34,129 bases of DNA, from contig QWPO01000096.1 in the NCBI GenBank assembly GCA_003669255.1, positions 1-34,129 of the forward strand, written 5' to 3'. Both the position numbers and the translations under genes were made by a program. Shown piece by piece: positions 1 to 9,861 of this stretch (positions are counted from its first letter, which is position 1; each line of letters opens with the position of its first letter). This DNA comes from Planctomycetota bacterium (GTDB lineage Bacteria; Planctomycetota; Planctomycetia; Pirellulales; UBA1268). The notes below the pieces were generated by a model. The model was not told the origin of the DNA and did no database searches. It saw only the letters and a list, made by a program, of their open reading frames with translations.

Positions 1-1
1 C

Positions 2-2590
2 GAAGGGATGCTCTTCTACAACATCCCGATGCGGTCGAGCGAGTTGGCTCGCGTGATCTCCGACTGCTACCAGACACTCGGACGGCGCAAGACGATCGAC
101 CTGCTTGATGACATGAACCGCGTCGGCTTCGGTTGGAGCACGAAGAGCGGCCTGTCGTTTGCCACCGACGATCTCATCACTCCCACGAGCAAGACTCGGA
201 TCATCGGCGACGCCGAGAAGGAAGTGATGAAGATCCTCAAGCGTTACCAGAAGGGTGTGATCACCGACGGCGAGCGGTACAACTCGGTGCTTGACGCCTG
301 GACGCATGCCCGCGAGCAGATCACCAAGGAAATGATGGCGGAGCTTGAGCAGGATACGGACGCCAAGCCGACCCGCCGGCCCGGTTACGTCAACCCGATC
401 CATCTGATGGCCCACTCCGGTGCCCGAGGTGGTGTCGAACAGATCCGTCAGCTCGCCGGTATGCGTGGCCTGATGGCGAAGCCGTCGGGCAAGATCATCG
501 AGACGCCGATCAAGGCGAACTTCCGCGAAGGTCTGACGGTGCTCGAGTACTTCAGCTCGACGCACGGTGCCCGTAAGGGTCTCGCCGATACGGCCCTCAA
601 GACGGCCGACTCGGGATACCTCACCCGTAAGCTTGCCGACGTGGCGCAGAACGTAGTCGTGACGATGCACGACTGTGGCACGACGCAGGGGATCACCAAG
701 GGGGTGATTTACCGCGGCGAGAAGGTCGAAGTGAGCCTCGCCGACGGTATTCGCGGCCGTGTCAGCCGGTCCGACATCCGCAATCCGATCAGCGACGAGG
801 TGATCGTCCACGAGGACGACCTGATCACGCCGACGATGGCGCGGCAGGTCGAGGAACTCGGCCTCGAGAAGATCCAGGTTCGCAGTCCGCTGACGTGCGA
901 GGCACCGCTCGGCGTCTGCAGGCTCTGCTACGGCATGGACCTTTCCACGGGCTCGCTCGTGGAAGAGGGCATGGCGGTGGGCATCATCGCCGCACAGAGC
1001 ATCGGCGAGCCGGGAACGCAGTTGACGATGCGAACCTTCCACATCGGTGGCGTGGGTCAGCGTGCCATCGAGGAGAGCGAGAGCAAGGCGAAGCGGGCTG
1101 GTACGGTGAAGTTCACCCGGCTTCGCACCGTGACCAACGAGCAGGGCGAGGCCGTCGTGCTCGCTCGCAACGGCGAGATCGCGATCTTCGACGCCAAGGG
1201 CCGCGAACTGGAAAAGTTCGAGATTCCGGCGGGTGCGATTCTGAAGGTCAAGGACAACGACGAGGTCAAGGCTGGCACGGTGCTCGTGCAGTGGGATCCG
1301 CACTCGATCCCGATTCTCTCCGAGGTGGCCGGCAAGGTCCGCTACGAAGACGTGATCGAGAACGAGACGCTCCGCCTCGAGAAGGACCCCAGCGGTCACT
1401 TGCGGCGCATGATCATGGAGCACAAGGGTGTGTACCACCCGCAGGTCGTGCTCGAGGACGAGTCGGGCAAGATCCTCGACTTCTACTATCTGCCGGAGAA
1501 GGCCTACATCGAGGTGTCGCCGGGCGAGATGGTCGCTGCTGGTCACATTCTCGCCAAGACGCCCCGCGAAGCGTCGGGCACGCAGGACATCACCGGTGGT
1601 CTGCCGCGAGTCACGGAGATCTTCGAGGCCCGCAAGCCCAAGGATCCGGCGATCATGGCCGAGATCGACGGCAAGGTGGAACTCCTCGGCGAGAAGCGCC
1701 GAGGCAAGCGGATGATCGTGGTCAAGAACGAGAGCGGCATCGAGCGGGAGCACCTGGTGACGCACGGCAAGCATCTCCGCGTGCACGCCGGCGACATCGT
1801 CAAGGCCGGCGAGGCGCTCGTCGATGGTCCGCTGGTGCCGCACGACATCCTCCGGATCTCGGGCGAGGAGGCGGTGCAGCAGTACCTCACCCGTGAGATC
1901 CAAAACGTCTACCGCAGCCAGCGGGTGGACATCGACGACAAGCACATTGAGATCATCGTTTCGCAGATGCTGCGGAAGGTGAAGATCGAGACCGTCGGCG
2001 ATACGACGCTGCTGCCTGGCAGCGTGATGGACAAGTTCGAGTTCCGAACCGCCAACGACCGGGTCACCGAGTGCCTGCGGATTACCGACAAGGGCGACAG
2101 CGAGTTTGAGGTCGGGGCGATTGTGCCGAAGGACGTGCTCGCGCAGGCGAACGCCCAGATCGAGACACTCGGCGGAGCCGCCGCAAAGGGGGCAAAGCCG
2201 AAGCCGGCCACGGCGAGCACGCAGTTGCTCGGAATCACCAAGGCCAGCGTTCAGAGTTCGAGCTTCATCTCGGCGGCCAGTTTCCAGGAAACCACGAAGG
2301 TGCTGACCGAAGCCGCTCTTGCGGGGAAGGTCGACAACCTCGTGGGGCTCAAGGAGAACGTCATCCTCGGGCACTTGATCCCTGCCGGTACGGGCTTCAA
2401 CACGTTCCAGTCCGCCGAGGTCCGCGTGCGGCCGGAGGCTCTGGAGTCGCTGCGGATGGATCGGGAGAACGTTCTGGCCCGGCAGTTCCCACTGCTCGAG
2501 GCGGCCGCTTCAAGTGACGTCGGTGCCGAAGGCACCGCCCAGACTGGTGACGCGAGCGTCGCCACGCTGGATGCCGGCGGCAACGAGTAA
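2..2590 (+). CDS. rpoC: DNA-directed RNA polymerase subunit beta' (3' portion; 5' end lies outside the window)
   Basis: The open frame runs from the window edge. Diagnostic beta' motifs are present: [21 protein letters not shown] (trigger loop), [31 protein letters not shown] and [16 protein letters not shown]. About 190 aa are inserted between the two trigger-loop halves. Confidence 0.97.
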   Translation, partial: EGMLFYNIPMRSSELARVISDCYQTLGRRKTIDLLDDMNRVGFGWSTKSGLSFATDDLITPTSKTRIIGDAEKEVMKILKRYQKGVITDGERYNSVLDAWTHAREQITKEMMAELEQDTDAKPTRRPGYVNPIHLMAHSGARGGVEQIRQLAGMRGLMAKPSGKIIETPIKANFREGLTVLEYFSSTHGARKGLADTALKTADSGYLTRKLADVAQNVVVTMHDCGTTQGITKGVIYRGEKVEVSLADGIRGRVSRSDIRNPISDEVIVHEDDLITPTMARQVEELGLEKIQVRSPLTCEAPLGVCRLCYGMDLSTGSLVEEGMAVGIIAAQSIGEPGTQLTMRTFHIGGVGQRAIEESESKAKRAGTVKFTRLRTVTNEQGEAVVLARNGEIAIFDAKGRELEKFEIPAGAILKVKDNDEVKAGTVLVQWDPHSIPILSEVAGKVRYEDVIENETLRLEKDPSGHLRRMIMEHKGVYHPQVVLEDESGKILDFYYLPEKAYIEVSPGEMVAAGHILAKTPREASGTQDITGGLPRVTEIFEARKPKDPAIMAEIDGKVELLGEKRRGKRMIVVKNESGIEREHLVTHGKHLRVHAGDIVKAGEALVDGPLVPHDILRISGEEAVQQYLTREIQNVYRSQRVDIDDKHIEIIVSQMLRKVKIETVGDTTLLPGSVMDKFEFRTANDRVTECLRITDKGDSEFEVGAIVPKDVLAQANAQIETLGGAAAKGAKPKPATASTQLLGITKASVQSSSFISAASFQETTKVLTEAALAGKVDNLVGLKENVILGHLIPAGTGFNTFQSAEVRVRPEALESLRMDRENVLARQFPLLEAAASSDVGAEGTAQTGDASVATLDAGGNE

Positions 2591-2622
2591 CCCACGCGGA
2601 CATCACGGAACGACGCGACCAT

Positions 2623-2660
2623 ACGGGCGTGGCCTACGGCGGAAGCCGGGCCACGCCCGT
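2623..2660 (+). terminator. Very stable stem-loop 33 nt after the rpoC stop
   Basis: ACGGGCGTGGCC (2623-2634) is the perfect reverse complement of GGCCACGCCCGT (2649-2660). The inner CGGC/GCCG helix is capped by a GGAA tetraloop. No clean T-tract follows. Confidence 0.45.
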
Positions 2661-2676
2661 CGTCATATTCGGTGCG

Positions 2677-2705
2677 GCCCTCAGGATCGGGCCCTGAGGC
2701 GTTTT
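2677..2705 (+). terminator. Rho-independent-like terminator (second hairpin after rpoC)
   Basis: A 7-bp stem CCTCAGG (2679-2685) / CCTGAGG (2693-2699) has a 7-nt loop and is followed by GTTTTG (T-run 2702-2705). Confidence 0.5.
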
Positions 2706-2771
2706 GCGGTTGGTTCCGCGCCGAAGTAGTGTCAGAGGTGGGCGGTCATCGCCGCCCGCGAGGACGACTCC

Positions 2772-3653
2772 ATGACACCCGCATCCTGCAACCTTTCTCT
2801 CCTGATCGTCGCCGTCTGGGCATCGGTCGCGCTCGGACAGGCCGCCCCGTACAACCCCTACGCCGACGCACAAGATTCCCCGCCACCGCTCGCGGCGGAC
2901 GGCACGATCCACTGGGGGACGTTCTACAAGTCGGCGAAGCTCCAGCAGTCTTACGAGCGGCTTTGGAACCTGGGGGCGTGCCGCGGTTCGAACAAGGCCA
3001 TCACCGTGCCCGTCGCCGAGAACAAACTCGTCATCGACCGACTGCCGGAGGCTGAGTTCACGGGGGTTGTGCGGGCAGTGGTCGGCCAGGCCGCCGGCGG
3101 CATGGTCGCCTTTGACGAGTCGGATTCCACGGGAGGCGATCCCGAGCCGCTCGTCGCCCAGTTCCACCCGGCTGGCGTGACTCGGTTTCAGATCGGGGGT
3201 CGGGCACCGGCTTCCATCCTGACGACAGGGATGGTCATCAGGCTCCGCGCGGAAGTGGATGGCAAGGGGCATGTGATTCGGCCCGTCTCGAGTTTCGAGA
3301 TCGTGACGCCGCCCGCGGGCTTCGTTCCCGACGCCGTTCGCCCGGACCAGCTTGAGACGATCGTCGGGACCGTCGTGAGCGTCCACAAGAACGTCGTCGG
3401 GCTCCGGGTGGACGCCGGCAAGGTGCGGCGGATCAGGCTGCAACTCGACCCGGATGCCATCGCGACGATCGACGCGGCCCGCCTCGACCTCGTCTCAACG
3501 GGCGACGAAATCAAGGTCAAGGGCCGCCTCTGGACGGGCGAGGGAGCCATGGGGGCCGGGACGATCTTCGTTTCTGACGTGGTCGTTTCGAAGCGTCCGC
3601 TGGCGGACACCGCTGTGGCCCAGCCAGGGCCACAAACCGTCGGCGCCCGCTGA
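2772..3653 (+). CDS. Secreted hypothetical protein (N-terminal signal peptide)
   Basis: The 293-aa ORF has good GC3 bias. The hydrophobic N-terminus LSLLIVAVWASVALGQA resembles a Sec signal. I recognise no family motif. Confidence 0.6.
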   Translation: MTPASCNLSLLIVAVWASVALGQAAPYNPYADAQDSPPPLAADGTIHWGTFYKSAKLQQSYERLWNLGACRGSNKAITVPVAENKLVIDRLPEAEFTGVVRAVVGQAAGGMVAFDESDSTGGDPEPLVAQFHPAGVTRFQIGGRAPASILTTGMVIRLRAEVDGKGHVIRPVSSFEIVTPPAGFVPDAVRPDQLETIVGTVVSVHKNVVGLRVDAGKVRRIRLQLDPDAIATIDAARLDLVSTGDEIKVKGRLWTGEGAMGAGTIFVSDVVVSKRPLADTAVAQPGPQTVGAR

Positions 3654-3735
3654 GCCACTTCTGCGGATGGATGCTGGAACGCAGGCTGTACGGCCCGTAC
3701 AGTGATGCGGTGGGCCGGAACGCCGGCCCCCTCCC

Positions 3736-4683
3736 GTGAAACCCGGTAGTGATGTTCCGATGGCGTCGCGAACCGTTCGAGCGGCTCATGCAGCAGCGGC
3801 CGGAGTCGTCGCCAGCCGGTCCCTCCAGCAGCGGCTTGCGACCGTGGCGCGGGCGGTAGCCGCCGTGGCCACAGGAAACCCGCGGGCGGAGGCCGTGCAT
3901 CGCCTGCGGATTTCCGCCCGGCGTGCGACCGCCGCCATCACCGCCTTCCAGCCGTTCGTGCCACGGCGGCAGCGCCGGTGGTTCAAAAAATCGCTCCGCC
4001 GGATTCGCCGTGCGGCCGGAGAAGCCCGCGATCTCGACGTGCTCACCAGCCGTTGCAGGGCGGCGGCAGCGGCACGGCAATCCGCCGCCGCTGGAGTGGC
4101 CCGGCAGCGGCTTGCGGAGATGCTGGCGAAGAAAAGGCCGCAGACGCGACGCGGACTCGAGGACGAGATCACCCGCGTGCAGGGCTGTGGTTGGAAGAAG
4201 CAGACCGCCGCGCTGCTCGTGGCCGTCGAGTCGGCGGCGATGACCGAGACGATCGACTCGTACGCCCACCGGCGGTCGCGACGGCTTGTCAGGCGGTTTT
4301 TGGACCACCTCGACGACCGCTTCCGCGACGATCGCGAGATCCACCGGATGCGAATTGCTACGAAGAAGCTCCGGTATGCACTGGAAGTGTTTGCCGCCGC
4401 GGCACCGACGGCGGAGATCGCCGCCTGCGTTCGGGCCCTTCGTCGACTGCAGTCGCGGCTGGGCGAGTTCACCGACCATGTGGCCGCTGCCGAGCGACTC
4501 AAACTCTGGTCGCTGCGGGAAGCGGACGATCATGCCCGTCGGGCGTTCGCCCACGCGAGCCGACAGGAGTCGGTCTCGGCGAAGCGGGCCCGTCGCACGT
4601 GTATCCGCTGGTGGACAGCATCGCGTCGAGAGACGCTCGCACGACAACTGAAGCGCATCCTCCGGGGGAAGAAGACTGCATGA
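3736..4683 (+). CDS. CHAD domain-containing protein
   Basis: The protein is helical and Arg-rich, with CHAD-type repeats VHRLRISARRATAAITAF and IHRMRIATKKLRYALEVF. The start is GTG 3736 or ATG 3760. The stop overlaps the next start (ATGA). Confidence 0.75.
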   Translation: MKPGSDVPMASRTVRAAHAAAAGVVASRSLQQRLATVARAVAAVATGNPRAEAVHRLRISARRATAAITAFQPFVPRRQRRWFKKSLRRIRRAAGEARDLDVLTSRCRAAAAARQSAAAGVARQRLAEMLAKKRPQTRRGLEDEITRVQGCGWKKQTAALLVAVESAAMTETIDSYAHRRSRRLVRRFLDHLDDRFRDDREIHRMRIATKKLRYALEVFAAAAPTAEIAACVRALRRLQSRLGEFTDHVAAAERLKLWSLREADDHARRAFAHASRQESVSAKRARRTCIRWWTASRRETLARQLKRILRGKKTA

Positions 4684-5825
4684 CCGCGGCACGACAGGAA
4701 CCAAGGCACACGACGAAGCATCGCGGGGCGTGGTGGCGTTTGCTGTGGTTGCTGCCAGTGCTCCTTGCCGTGGGCGTATGGCTGGCCGGACGGCCGCAAC
4801 GCGAAACCACCGCAGCGCAGAGCCCCTTCGGGCCGACCGTCGTGGGGAGCCGAGCGTCGGCTGAGTCACCGCCGGGAATGGTCTGGGTGCCTGGCGGTGA
4901 GTTCTCGATGGGCTGCGCTGATCCCCGTGGTCTACCGTTCGGTGGGGCTGATCCCATGAAGGACGCGCGGCCAGTGCATCGCGTGAAGGTGGACGGCTAC
5001 TGGATGGATGCGCACGAGGTCACCAATGACCAGTTCGCCGAGTTCGTGAAGGCGACCGGGTATGCGACCGTGGCGGAGCGGCCGCCTCGGGCTGAGGACT
5101 TCCCGGGCGCGCTGCCTGAGAATCTCGTCGCCGGATCGATCGTGTTCACGCCACCGGCCGAGCAAGTGCCGCTGAGGGATGCCACCGGGATGGCGCATCT
5201 CCGCTGGTGGGCCTATGTTCCCGGCGCCTGCTGGAAGCATCCAGAGGGCCCCGACAGCGACCTCACCGGCAAGGGTGACCAGCCGGTGGTCCACGTGGCC
5301 TTCGAGGACGCCGAAGCCTACGCGGCGTGGGCAGGCAAGCGGCTGCCCACGGAGGCGGAATGGGAGTGTGCGGCGCGTGGCGGGCTTGCCGGTGCGACCT
5401 ATCCATGGGGCGACGAGTTCAAGCCCGGCGGCCGCTGCATGGCGAACACCTGGCAAGGACGATTTCCAGGTGAGAACACCGCAGACGACGGCTTCCCGAG
5501 CATCGCACCAGTGGGCCGCTATCCCGCCAACGCGTACGGACTCCACGACATGTCGGGGAACGTCTGGGAATGGTGCAGCGACTGGTATCGCCCCGACACG
5601 TACGCCCGGGATGCCGGGGAGGGCGTCTCGGTCAACCCACGAGGGCCGACCGACAGCCACGACCCCGCGGAGCCGGGGCAGCCCAAGCGGATCCAACGGG
5701 GCGGATCGTTCCTGTGCAGCGACCAGTATTGTTCCCGTTACATCGTCGGCACCCGTGGGAAAGGTGAGGTGTCGAGTGCGACGAACCACTGCGGCTTCCG
5801 CTGCGTGAAGTCGCCGGATCGGTGA
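4680..5825 (+). CDS. Formylglycine-generating enzyme (SUMF1/FGE) family protein, N-terminally membrane-anchored
   Basis: The ATG at 4680 is in frame with track ORF 3978..5825. A TM anchor WWRLLWLLPVLLAVGVWLAG is present. FGE motifs are MVWVPGGEFSMG, HRVKVDGYWMDAHEVTN, LPTEAEWECAARGG, GNVWEWCSDWY and RGGSFLCSDQYCSRY (both catalytic Cys). Confidence 0.9.
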   Translation: MTAARQEPRHTTKHRGAWWRLLWLLPVLLAVGVWLAGRPQRETTAAQSPFGPTVVGSRASAESPPGMVWVPGGEFSMGCADPRGLPFGGADPMKDARPVHRVKVDGYWMDAHEVTNDQFAEFVKATGYATVAERPPRAEDFPGALPENLVAGSIVFTPPAEQVPLRDATGMAHLRWWAYVPGACWKHPEGPDSDLTGKGDQPVVHVAFEDAEAYAAWAGKRLPTEAEWECAARGGLAGATYPWGDEFKPGGRCMANTWQGRFPGENTADDGFPSIAPVGRYPANAYGLHDMSGNVWEWCSDWYRPDTYARDAGEGVSVNPRGPTDSHDPAEPGQPKRIQRGGSFLCSDQYCSRYIVGTRGKGEVSSATNHCGFRCVKSPDR

Positions 5826-5881
5826 ACGGTTCTCCTACGGGTTACGCATGATCCTTGCGAGTCTGTTTGTCCAAGCCCAAC

Positions 5882-5949
5882 GCCGTGAGGCGCGGGGTGA
5901 ACCGCCCACAGACGCCGTGTCCAGCGTTGTTCGCCCGCGGCCTCACGGC
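5882..5949. terminator. Long imperfect inverted repeat between convergent genes (possible bidirectional terminator)
   Basis: GCCGTGAGGCGCGGG (5882-5896) pairs with CCCGCGGCCTCACGGC (5934-5949), giving 15 bp with one bulge and a ~37-nt loop. It lies between the FGE stop (5825) and the PolX stop (6005). There is no T-tract. Confidence 0.3.
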
Positions 5950-6004
5950 CGGTCGGCTTTCGCTCGCCACGAACTCGACGCGCGAGGATCAAGTGTGCTC
6001 CGTA

Positions 6005-7783
6005 TCAACTCTTCTTCGCCATCAGCCGGCGGAGATCGGCCAGCGATCGCGTGTTGGCAACGTGGCTTTTCTCGAGGCCGGCACGACGGGCCTGGAGGAT
6101 ACCGCACCGCATGACGTCGAGGCCGCGGATCGAGTGGGCGTCGGTCGAGATGACAACTGGTACTCCGGCCTGCCGAGCCGCGGCGGCGTGACGGTCATCG
6201 AGGTCGAGCCTCCACGGGTTGGCGTTGATCTCGAGAAAGGTGCCCGTCCGGGCGGCCGCCTGGATGACGGCATTGATGTCGACGTCGTAGGCGGGGCGTC
6301 GGTTGATCAGTCGCCCCGTCGGATGGCCGATCACCCGAACGAACGGATTCTCGATCGCCTCGATGATCCGCGCCGTGATCCGGTCGCGGGGTTGCTGCTG
6401 TCCGTAGTGCAGGCTGGCCACGACCCAGTCGGCCCGGGTGAGGACCTCGTCAGGAAGGTCAAGACCACCCTTCTCGAGCATGTCGACCTCGATCCCCTTG
6501 AGCACCGTGATCGGGGGCGGGCCGTCGGTAGCGAGCGACTCATTGAGCCGGTCAATTTCCTCCCACTGCCTCAGCAGTCGTGTGCGGTCGAGTCCGCGTG
6601 CCATCGTCACCCGCTGGCCATGGTCGGTGATCGCTATGTATTCGAGGCCGCGGCCAATCGCCGCCCGGACCATGTCGGCGAGCGTATCCTCGCCGTCGGT
6701 CGCGGTCGTGTGCATGTGGAGATCGCCGCGGATATCGGCGAGTTCGACGAGCGTCGGCAACGCGCCCCGTTCGGCACGTTCAAACTCGTCGCTCCCTTCG
6801 CGGAGCTCGGGTGGGATCCAAGGCAGTCCCACGGCCTCATAGACCTCGGCCTCGGAACGACCGGCGAGCACGTCGCCGCGGGTGTGGTGGCCATCGGCGG
6901 AGGCATTGAGCTTGTGCACCCCGTATTCGTTGATTGTCAGGCCGCGGTCCCTGGCCCGCGACCGGAGCTTGACGTTGTGCTCCTTCGAGCCGGTGAAGTA
7001 CTGCAGCGCCGCCCCAAACGAGTCCTCCGCCACCACGCGGAGATCGATCTGGATGTCCCGCGGGCCGCGGATGCTCGTCTTGGTGTCGCCGCGTTGCAGC
7101 ACCGCGGCCATGCCGTGCCATCGCTCCAGGTGGTCCATCACGGCGGCGGCCGCCCGGCTATCGACCACCACGTCGAGGTCGCCCACCGTTTCGCGGCCCC
7201 GCCGCCAGCTCCCTGCTCCCTCGACCTGCCGAGCCTCCGGGCACTGCCGCATCCAGCCGAGCACGTCTTGGACGATGGCGTCGGCGTCATTCCAGAGCAT
7301 CCGGGCGTGGGCCGGATCCTTGGCGAAGGCGATGTTGTCGAGAATTGCCGCCTGCGTTTTGGCGCCGAAGCCTTTCACCGACTCGACCCGCTTCTCGCGG
7401 CAGGCCTGTTCGAGAGCTTCCAGCGAGTCGATTCCCAGCGACTCCACGAGTTGCTTCACCTTCTTCGGGCCAAGCCCTGGCACCCGCATCAGTTCGAAGG
7501 CGGCCGCGGGCACCTGGCTCTTGAGTTCCTCGAGCAGGGGAAGTCTGCCGGTATCGAGAAGCCCCTCGATTTTTCCGGCGAGGTCGTCGCCGATGCCGTC
7601 GAGATCCGTCAGGGCTCGGTTCGTATCGGCACGAACAGTGGCCAACGGTTCGACCAGCCCGCCGATGGTGTGGGCCGCGTTGCGGTAGGCACGCACGCGA
7701 AACACGTTGCCACCCTGGTATTCGAGCAGGTCCGCGACGTGGTCGAAGACGGCGGCGATTTCAGAGTTGGTCACGGACCGCAT
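6005..7783 (-). CDS. polX: DNA polymerase X family protein with C-terminal PHP phosphoesterase domain
   Basis: The N-terminus NSEIAAVFDHVADLLEYQGGNVFRVRAYRNAA is a PolX 8-kDa/HhH domain, followed by GSWRRGRETVGDLDVVV. The C-terminal half has the PHP motifs GDLHMHTTATDGE, IAITDH and ISTDAH. Confidence 0.93.
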   Translation of the reverse strand: MRSVTNSEIAAVFDHVADLLEYQGGNVFRVRAYRNAAHTIGGLVEPLATVRADTNRALTDLDGIGDDLAGKIEGLLDTGRLPLLEELKSQVPAAAFELMRVPGLGPKKVKQLVESLGIDSLEALEQACREKRVESVKGFGAKTQAAILDNIAFAKDPAHARMLWNDADAIVQDVLGWMRQCPEARQVEGAGSWRRGRETVGDLDVVVDSRAAAAVMDHLERWHGMAAVLQRGDTKTSIRGPRDIQIDLRVVAEDSFGAALQYFTGSKEHNVKLRSRARDRGLTINEYGVHKLNASADGHHTRGDVLAGRSEAEVYEAVGLPWIPPELREGSDEFERAERGALPTLVELADIRGDLHMHTTATDGEDTLADMVRAAIGRGLEYIAITDHGQRVTMARGLDRTRLLRQWEEIDRLNESLATDGPPPITVLKGIEVDMLEKGGLDLPDEVLTRADWVVASLHYGQQQPRDRITARIIEAIENPFVRVIGHPTGRLINRRPAYDVDINAVIQAAARTGTFLEINANPWRLDLDDRHAAAARQAGVPVVISTDAHSIRGLDVMRCGILQARRAGLEKSHVANTRSLADLRRLMAKKS

Positions 7784-7875
7784 GGCTCCAGGGGCCGGGC
7801 GACTGGAGCCCGACCACCGGAAGTGTTAGCGGAACGGCCTGCGGCGGCAAGCGGCTTGCCCGCCGCGGCTCGCGG

Positions 7876-9024
7876 TCACTGCTGGAGTCGAGCCGGCAGC
7901 GCGGCGGTCGGGTAACCGGGCCGTCTCCCATTGGGGAGCGGGTCGAGCATGGCTGGCTGCCACGAGGTGGTGTGGCTCGTCGGTTCAAGGAGACGGGGAA
8001 AGGCATTCGTGGAAGCCTTCGGCCCCTGGCCGGGAAGGACCGGCATGCCCAGCGGCGCTGCTGAGGGAGCCGCTCCGGCGGCAGGACTGGCCGCACCGGG
8101 GATGGTGAAACCGTTGATGCCCGTGGCCGGCTGTGGCACGGTGGTGGTGCCGGTGGGAGCCGGAGTCGCGAACGGTGGAAGGGTAGGGGTGGCAGAGCCC
8201 GCTGGGGGTGCCACGGGGATCGCGGCCGATTTGGGCAGTTCCGGAATGGGCTTCAGCGACGGTGCCGGCGCCACCGACGGGGTTGGCGAGAGGGGCTGCG
8301 GCTGCGTCGGCTGCGGCTGGATGCCGGCTTGCGGAGCCACGGGAATCGCATATCCGCTCTGGGGTGTGATTGGCTGCTGATAGGTTTGCGGCACGGAAGC
8401 AGGCGGCGCTGAGCCAGGGACCAGCTGCTGCGGAATGTCGGCACCGGCGGCACCCCAGCCCTGCGGCGCTGTCTGGACCGGAGCGGTGAACGGGCTGACG
8501 GCCGGAGCAGAGACGGCTGGTGCTGGAGCAGCCATGCCGGGAGGGGCCATGGCAGGCTGGGCCGCCGGATAGCCGCCACCGTAGCCTGGCTGCATCTGTA
8601 CGTACTTCGTCGTGGTGACGGCGCGATACTGCGTCACGGGCACGTTCACCGCCTGCTGGACGTACTGGGTGACAGGCTGCATGCATTCCCGGGTGCAGCC
8701 CGTGCACGGATCGACCTCGCAGGAAGGCTTGTAGGTGGTGACCGGCACGTTTTGGTACTGCGTGCGGTAGGTCGTTTCAGGCACGTAGCTCGTCTGCTGG
8801 ACGGGCACCATCACGGGGGGCGGAGGCGCCGCGATTGGAGCGGCGATGGGTGCGACCATCGGTGCGGCCACCGGGGCAACAGCGTAGACGGGCGCCTTCT
8901 TGAAGCACGCTCCGCAGCCTGCAAAGAGGTCGTTGAAGCAGCATTGGGCCCGGGCATCAAGGCCGCCCATGACCTGAAAGCCGACTGCAGCCACGAGGGC
9001 CACGGACATCCGACGCATCGTCAT
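7876..9024 (-). CDS. Secreted Cys-motif / Pro-rich low-complexity protein
   Basis: The ATG at 9024 is preceded by GGAGGA 7 nt upstream. The signal peptide is MTMRRMSVALVAAVGFQVMGGLDARA. A Cys cluster CCFNDLFAGCGAC follows, then repeated VPVT(T/Q)Y motifs and a ~230-aa P/A/Q-rich tail. Confidence 0.7.
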   Translation of the reverse strand: MTMRRMSVALVAAVGFQVMGGLDARAQCCFNDLFAGCGACFKKAPVYAVAPVAAPMVAPIAAPIAAPPPPVMVPVQQTSYVPETTYRTQYQNVPVTTYKPSCEVDPCTGCTRECMQPVTQYVQQAVNVPVTQYRAVTTTKYVQMQPGYGGGYPAAQPAMAPPGMAAPAPAVSAPAVSPFTAPVQTAPQGWGAAGADIPQQLVPGSAPPASVPQTYQQPITPQSGYAIPVAPQAGIQPQPTQPQPLSPTPSVAPAPSLKPIPELPKSAAIPVAPPAGSATPTLPPFATPAPTGTTTVPQPATGINGFTIPGAASPAAGAAPSAAPLGMPVLPGQGPKASTNAFPRLLEPTSHTTSWQPAMLDPLPNGRRPGYPTAALPARLQQ

Positions 9025-9228
9025 CACACGTTCCTCCGCTGGCCGTCGCTGTGGGGGAATGCCCGCAGAACCGACGGCAACACGCAAACGTAGGTTGCGC
9101 GGCTGTCGCGACGTGACGAAAAACCAGCCGATGGATCGTGAATTTTGCTCAGCGGCGTCGCACAATCGGCGCGTCCCTCATGACCGCCATATTCGGCCTG
9201 CCCGGCGTCGGATCGAAGCGGACGTGCG

Positions 9229-9861
9229 TCAGGGCCGCCGCTCCTCGAAGCGGTCATACAGCGCTGCCAGCGTGTCGCGGACATTGCCCCGATGGCATCG
9301 AAAAGCCTGCTCGACGTCGTCCGGCAGGATCGAGCCGTGGTGATCGGGCAGCCGTTCGATGATCGCGGCCACCAACGCCGGTGACGACTCGTGGCGGGCG
9401 AGCACGGGAAGGCCGATCGGTCGATGGGCCGTTGTGATCAGGGCCGTTCGCCGCCAGCGTGCCATGGCGACGATCAACACGCCAACTCCCCAGGGGAGTT
9501 GTTCCCAGCCGTCCACAGCCACGATGTGGCCGGACCCGGCCGTCGCCACGGAACTCAGGGCGGGCCATGCATCGGCCCAGGACCGCACCTGCACGAACGA
9601 CGTGGCACGACCCGCGGCGGCGGCGGCGGCGATCAGGGCATGCACCAGGGTGGTCTTGCCGCGGCCGTGTGGGCCTTCGATAACCCAGCAGCCGTCATGG
9701 ATGCGGTCGAGCAATCGTCCCACATCGAGCGGTCGGCCGCTCGCGTCGAGGGGAGGCACGGCCCCCGGCCTTGTGTAGCGGGTCGAGAATGGATTCGCGG
9801 ACGTCAGTCGGGACGCCGTCGGCACCGCGTTGTGCGCACCAGGAGCAACAGGAGCGGGCAT
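9229..9861 (-). CDS. Small P-loop NTPase (AAA-like), family unassigned
   Basis: The ATG at 9861 shares one nucleotide with the upstream stop (TGATG). Walker A is GPHGRGKTTL and the Walker B-like motif is HIVAVDGWEQL. The product is 210 aa with no signal peptide. Confidence 0.75.
   Translation of the reverse strand: MPAPVAPGAHNAVPTASRLTSANPFSTRYTRPGAVPPLDASGRPLDVGRLLDRIHDGCWVIEGPHGRGKTTLVHALIAAAAAAGRATSFVQVRSWADAWPALSSVATAGSGHIVAVDGWEQLPWGVGVLIVAMARWRRTALITTAHRPIGLPVLARHESSPALVAAIIERLPDHHGSILPDDVEQAFRCHRGNVRDTLAALYDRFEERRP

Noticed and set aside
1030-1640. A ~190-aa insertion within the beta' trigger loop, between TFHIGGV and [13 protein letters not shown].
   Set aside because: Lineage-specific trigger-loop insertions (SI3-type) are well known in several bacterial phyla. 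This is not evidently novel from sequence alone.
895-1896. A 333-aa alternative-frame ORF inside rpoC.
   Set aside because: It is Arg/Gly-rich nonsense composition. The rpoC frame carries unmistakable beta' motifs across the same span.
3686-3728. Two short hairpins after the 2772-3653 gene: CTGTACG/CGTACAG and GGCCGG-AACG-CCGGCC.
   Set aside because: The stems are short and lack a T-tract. Such GC palindromes are frequent in this composition. The evidence is insufficient to call a terminator.
5855-7915. A 686-aa plus-strand ORF antisense to PolX. Similar long shadow ORFs occur at 15175-16602 (+), 28156-29379 (+), 26386-27525 (-), 32651-33790 (+), 12204-13244 (-), 3517-4869 (-) and 20424-21638 (-).
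   Set aside because: Their composition is Arg/Pro/Gly/His-rich with no recognisable motifs. Each lies opposite an ORF with clear family signatures. Long antisense ORFs are expected in GC-rich DNA because stop codons are rare.
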